The notes beneath the pieces are model-generated. The model did no database searches, had not been told where the DNA came from, and was given only the letters and a program-made list of their open reading frames with translations. A stretch of 64,000 nt of DNA from Bacilli bacterium. GTDB taxonomy: Bacteria > Bacillota_I > Bacilli_A > RFN20 > CAG-826. Both the position numbers and the translations under genes were made by a program. Position 1 is the first letter of the stretch; each line of letters opens with the position of its first letter. Positions 61,667-64,000 of the stretch are shown here, in pieces. The DNA is taken from positions 2,391 through 66,390 of the forward strand of contig JBAYBM010000002.1 of assembly GCA_041669265.1 (NCBI GenBank), written 5' to 3'.

Positions 61667-61760
61667 ATTTAAGATTATATCTTAATTTGATATTTATTTA
61701 TAGATATTTGAACGAAATTATGGTATATTTTTATTTCGTAGGAAAGGAACGTTTTTTATT

Positions 61761-61910
61761 ATGAGAGAAAGTTTTACATTAAAATGCACCGAATGTGGTG
61801 AAGAGAATTATATCAGTACAAAAAATAAGAAGAATAATCCTGATAGAATTGAAGTTAAGAAATATTGCCCAAAGTGCAAAAAGATCACAATTCATAAAGA
61901 AAAGAAATAA
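61761..61910 (+). CDS. rpmG: 50S ribosomal protein L33 (zinc-ribbon form); absent from the ORF track because it is under 60 aa
   Basis: My own translation is [49 protein letters not shown] (49 aa), preceded by GGAAAGGAA. Confidence 0.85.
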   Translation: MRESFTLKCTECGEENYISTKNKKNNPDRIEVKKYCPKCKKITIHKEKK

Positions 61911-61925
61911 ACTTTTTAGTGTTGT

Positions 61926-62558
61926 ATGGTAAAAACTTTTAGATTCGATAATGTTGCTGATGAATTTTGTTCAAATACATATGTTGTTGGAGAAAAAGGT
62001 GGACCTTGTATAGTTATTGATTTAGGGACTACATCGAACAAAATTGTAGATTATATTAAGGAAAATTTTACAACATGTAATGGTGTGCTTATTACTCATG
62101 GGCATTGGGATCATATTCGTGGTTTAAATAATTTTTTTAAGGTTTTTAATTGTACATTGTTTATTGATGAACAAGATGCTGAATGTTTGATTAATTCAAG
62201 ATTGAATTGTTCAGAAACAATGGAAGGTAAAGGGAAAGTTAATATTGAGCCTTATAGACTAGAAGATGAAGATGAAATTCGTTTTGAAAATCATCTTGGT
62301 TTCAAAGTTATAGAGACTCCTTTTCATACAAAAGGAAGCGTTTGCTTTCTATGTGAAAAAGAACATTGCTTATTTACTGGTGATACCTTATTTAAAGGCA
62401 GTATTGGTAGAAGTGATTTGCCTCACTCGCAAGTTTCAATGCAAGTGTCATCTTTAGAAAAATTAAAAAAATTAGATCCAAACCTTATAATTTATCCAGG
62501 GCATGGTGATTGTACGACATTGGAGAATGAATTAAAAAATAATATTTATTTAAAATAA
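61926..62558 (+). CDS. metallo-beta-lactamase fold hydrolase (glyoxalase II-like)
   Basis: 210 aa with motif THGHWDH, a later H (TPFHTKG), GDTLF and PGHG. Confidence 0.8.
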   Translation: MVKTFRFDNVADEFCSNTYVVGEKGGPCIVIDLGTTSNKIVDYIKENFTTCNGVLITHGHWDHIRGLNNFFKVFNCTLFIDEQDAECLINSRLNCSETMEGKGKVNIEPYRLEDEDEIRFENHLGFKVIETPFHTKGSVCFLCEKEHCLFTGDTLFKGSIGRSDLPHSQVSMQVSSLEKLKKLDPNLIIYPGHGDCTTLENELKNNIYLK

Positions 62559-62574
62559 AAGAAAGGAGAATATT

Positions 62575-63129
62575 ATGAACGTTACAGAATTAAGACCAGG
62601 AAATTATTTTATGGAAAATAATAATATCTTTTTAGTTATTGATATTTTATTAAACAAGACAGCTATGAGAAAGATGGTTGCTAAATTAAAAGTAAAGAAT
62701 ATTCGTACAGGAGCTATTACTGATATGTCAGCTAATAGTGGTTATCAAGTTGAACAAGTTAAACTTGATAAAAAGAAGGTTAATTATTCATATGATAGTG
62801 GAGATTTTTATGTATTTATGGATCCAGTTTCTTTTGAACAAATTGAAATAGCTAAATCAAAACTTGAATGGGAAAGTAAATTTTTAACTGAAAATCTTGA
62901 AGTTGAGTTAACAATGTATGAAGATGAGATTTTAGGTATCAATCTTCCAGCAAAAGTTGAATTAACAATTACTGAATGTCAACCAGCTGTTCGTGGTGAT
63001 ACTGTAAATAAGGCTTCAAAAGAAGTTACTGTTGAAACCGGCATCAAATTAAGAGTCCCTTTATTTGTTAATCAAGGCGATAAGGTACTTGTCAGAACAG
63101 ATACTGGTGAATACGATGGAAGAGCTTAA
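62575..63129 (+). CDS. efp: elongation factor P with a non-canonical modification loop
   Basis: 184 aa with the three-domain EF-P pattern (ELRPGN ..., VKNIRTG, PAKVELTITECQPAVRGDT). The loop reads NKTAMRK where KPGKG is expected. Confidence 0.88.
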   Translation: MNVTELRPGNYFMENNNIFLVIDILLNKTAMRKMVAKLKVKNIRTGAITDMSANSGYQVEQVKLDKKKVNYSYDSGDFYVFMDPVSFEQIEIAKSKLEWESKFLTENLEVELTMYEDEILGINLPAKVELTITECQPAVRGDTVNKASKEVTVETGIKLRVPLFVNQGDKVLVRTDTGEYDGRA

Positions 63130-63141
63130 TTAGGTATTAAA

Positions 63142-63378
63142 ATGATTATACTTACAGATTTTGGTGAAGCTTGGGTTGTTCCTGTATTTATATTAGTTGG
63201 AGTAGTGGTTGGTGCAATTATTGGCTTCTTTGTTGCTAGATATTTTCTTAAAAAGCAAATCGAAAAGAATCCACCAATTAATGAAAAGATGATTCGTGCC
63301 ATGTTTATGCAAATGGGCCGTAAGCCTAGTGAGTCTCAAATTAGGGCAGTCATGAATAGCATGAAAAATCAAAAATAA
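63142..63378 (+). CDS. UPF0154 (YneF-like) small membrane protein
   Basis: 78 aa with one TM segment, then ARYFLKKQIEKNPPINEKMIRAMFMQMGRKPSESQIRAVMNSM, typical of UPF0154. Confidence 0.8.
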   Translation: MIILTDFGEAWVVPVFILVGVVVGAIIGFFVARYFLKKQIEKNPPINEKMIRAMFMQMGRKPSESQIRAVMNSMKNQK

Positions 63379-63388
63379 TCTAAGAATT

Positions 63389-63415
63389 AAGCCTCAGAAA
63401 TGAGGCTTTTATTTT
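63389..63415 (+). terminator. intrinsic terminator after the UPF0154 gene
   Basis: AAGCCTCA (63389-63396) and TGAGGCTT (63401-63408) with loop GAAA, followed by TTATTTT. Confidence 0.8.
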
Positions 63416-63540
63416 GCTTAATATTAAATTTCTTATTTTGTAAACTGTCAATCAAAAACAAGGTTATAATCGATATTTATTCTATGTTGTGGACAAAATA
63501 AATGAGTTTTCTACAATACTAAATATATACTAAATAACTA

Positions 63541-64000
63541 CTATTTTTTAAACCAGTGTACTTCGTTTTCTTGATTATTTCTAAGCCTTTCAATATTTGC
63601 TTTGTGTCTATACAAAAGTATTAAATAAGAGATAGTTGTAACAAATGGAGTGTATATACACATCTCAGGACCATAACCAAAGTATGTTAAATATTGAGCT
63701 ATTTGTGGACCAGCAAAAGCATAAATAAAATAAATAATCCAAATAGCAATAGTAACACATAGAGTTGAAATAAGTGATCCTAAACTTACTTTTCTTGTTC
63801 CTTTTAATATTCCGAAGAAAATAAAACCACCAATAGGGAAGGTTATATATGTGAGAGAAACAGTATAGCCAAAGAAACTACTAACAGCTTTCCCACCTTT
63901 AAAATTAAGGAATACACTATAACAATGTCCAATTATTCCACATAAAGGGACTATATAATATGCTAATTGATTTAAAGTATTTCCTCTTCCAAAAGAATTA
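63541..64000 (-). CDS. plsY: glycerol-3-phosphate acyltransferase PlsY (5' end outside the window)
   Basis: Reverse-strand translation is ...CGIIGHCYSVFLNFKGGKAVSSFFG...LLYRHKANIERLRNNQENEVHWFKK*, with the FKGGK(A/G)V PlsY motif. Stop TAG at 63541-63543. It is not in the track because it is truncated. Confidence 0.85.
   Translation of the reverse strand, partial: NSFGRGNTLNQLAYYIVPLCGIIGHCYSVFLNFKGGKAVSSFFGYTVSLTYITFPIGGFIFFGILKGTRKVSLGSLISTLCVTIAIWIIYFIYAFAGPQIAQYLTYFGYGPEMCIYTPFVTTISYLILLYRHKANIERLRNNQENEVHWFKK

Overview
The window is AT-rich and very gene-dense (about 60 CDS, mostly on the + strand). It uses the standard code: TGA terminates lepA at 36121-36123 and cdd at 50553-50555, so it is not a code-4 mycoplasma. 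The content and order look like a reduced low-GC Bacilli/Mollicutes-like genome (Acholeplasma, RF39 or Erysipelotrichia-like); this placement is an inference. Almost everything is housekeeping. From comEA to efp the order follows the conserved Bacillus subtilis yqe/yqf backbone: comEA-comEC-holA-rpsT ... lepA-hemW-hrcA-grpE-dnaK-dnaJ-rsmE-mtaB ... rpsU ... ybeY-cdd-era-recO-glyQS-dnaG-sigA-cshB-nfo-ispG ... efp. I found no rRNA, tRNA, CRISPR array, IS/transposase, integrase, prophage or recognisable defence island. Supported RNA and regulatory elements are an Ala T-box leader upstream of alaS, a CIRCE operator and promoter upstream of hrcA, and several intrinsic terminators. I did not find a convincing new multi-gene system. 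The items most worth a second look are lineage-specific insertions or degenerations in the conserved backbone: (1) a 30-nt element, 27/30 identical, that forms a Shine-Dalgarno-sequestering hairpin, follows a terminator in both copies, and sits upstream of comEA-comEC and of a C39-peptidase membrane protein; (2) that C39 protein, which has a peptidase domain and about 6 TM segments but no ABC ATPase domain, inserted between rpsU and ybeY; (3) an RNase J homologue that has lost all metal-binding histidine motifs; (4) a second full-length RpoD-like sigma factor translationally coupled to dnaG, upstream of trmK and the true sigA; (5) a Fic-fold protein with a destroyed active-site motif plus a small membrane protein inserted between lepA and hemW; (6) an orphan ORF wedged between rsmE and mtaB. 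All calls were made by eye from the translations and motifs. No database search was run, and start codons are best guesses. Two genes missing from the ORF track were added: a truncated reverse-strand PP-loop gene at 1-1106 and rpmG at 61761-61910.
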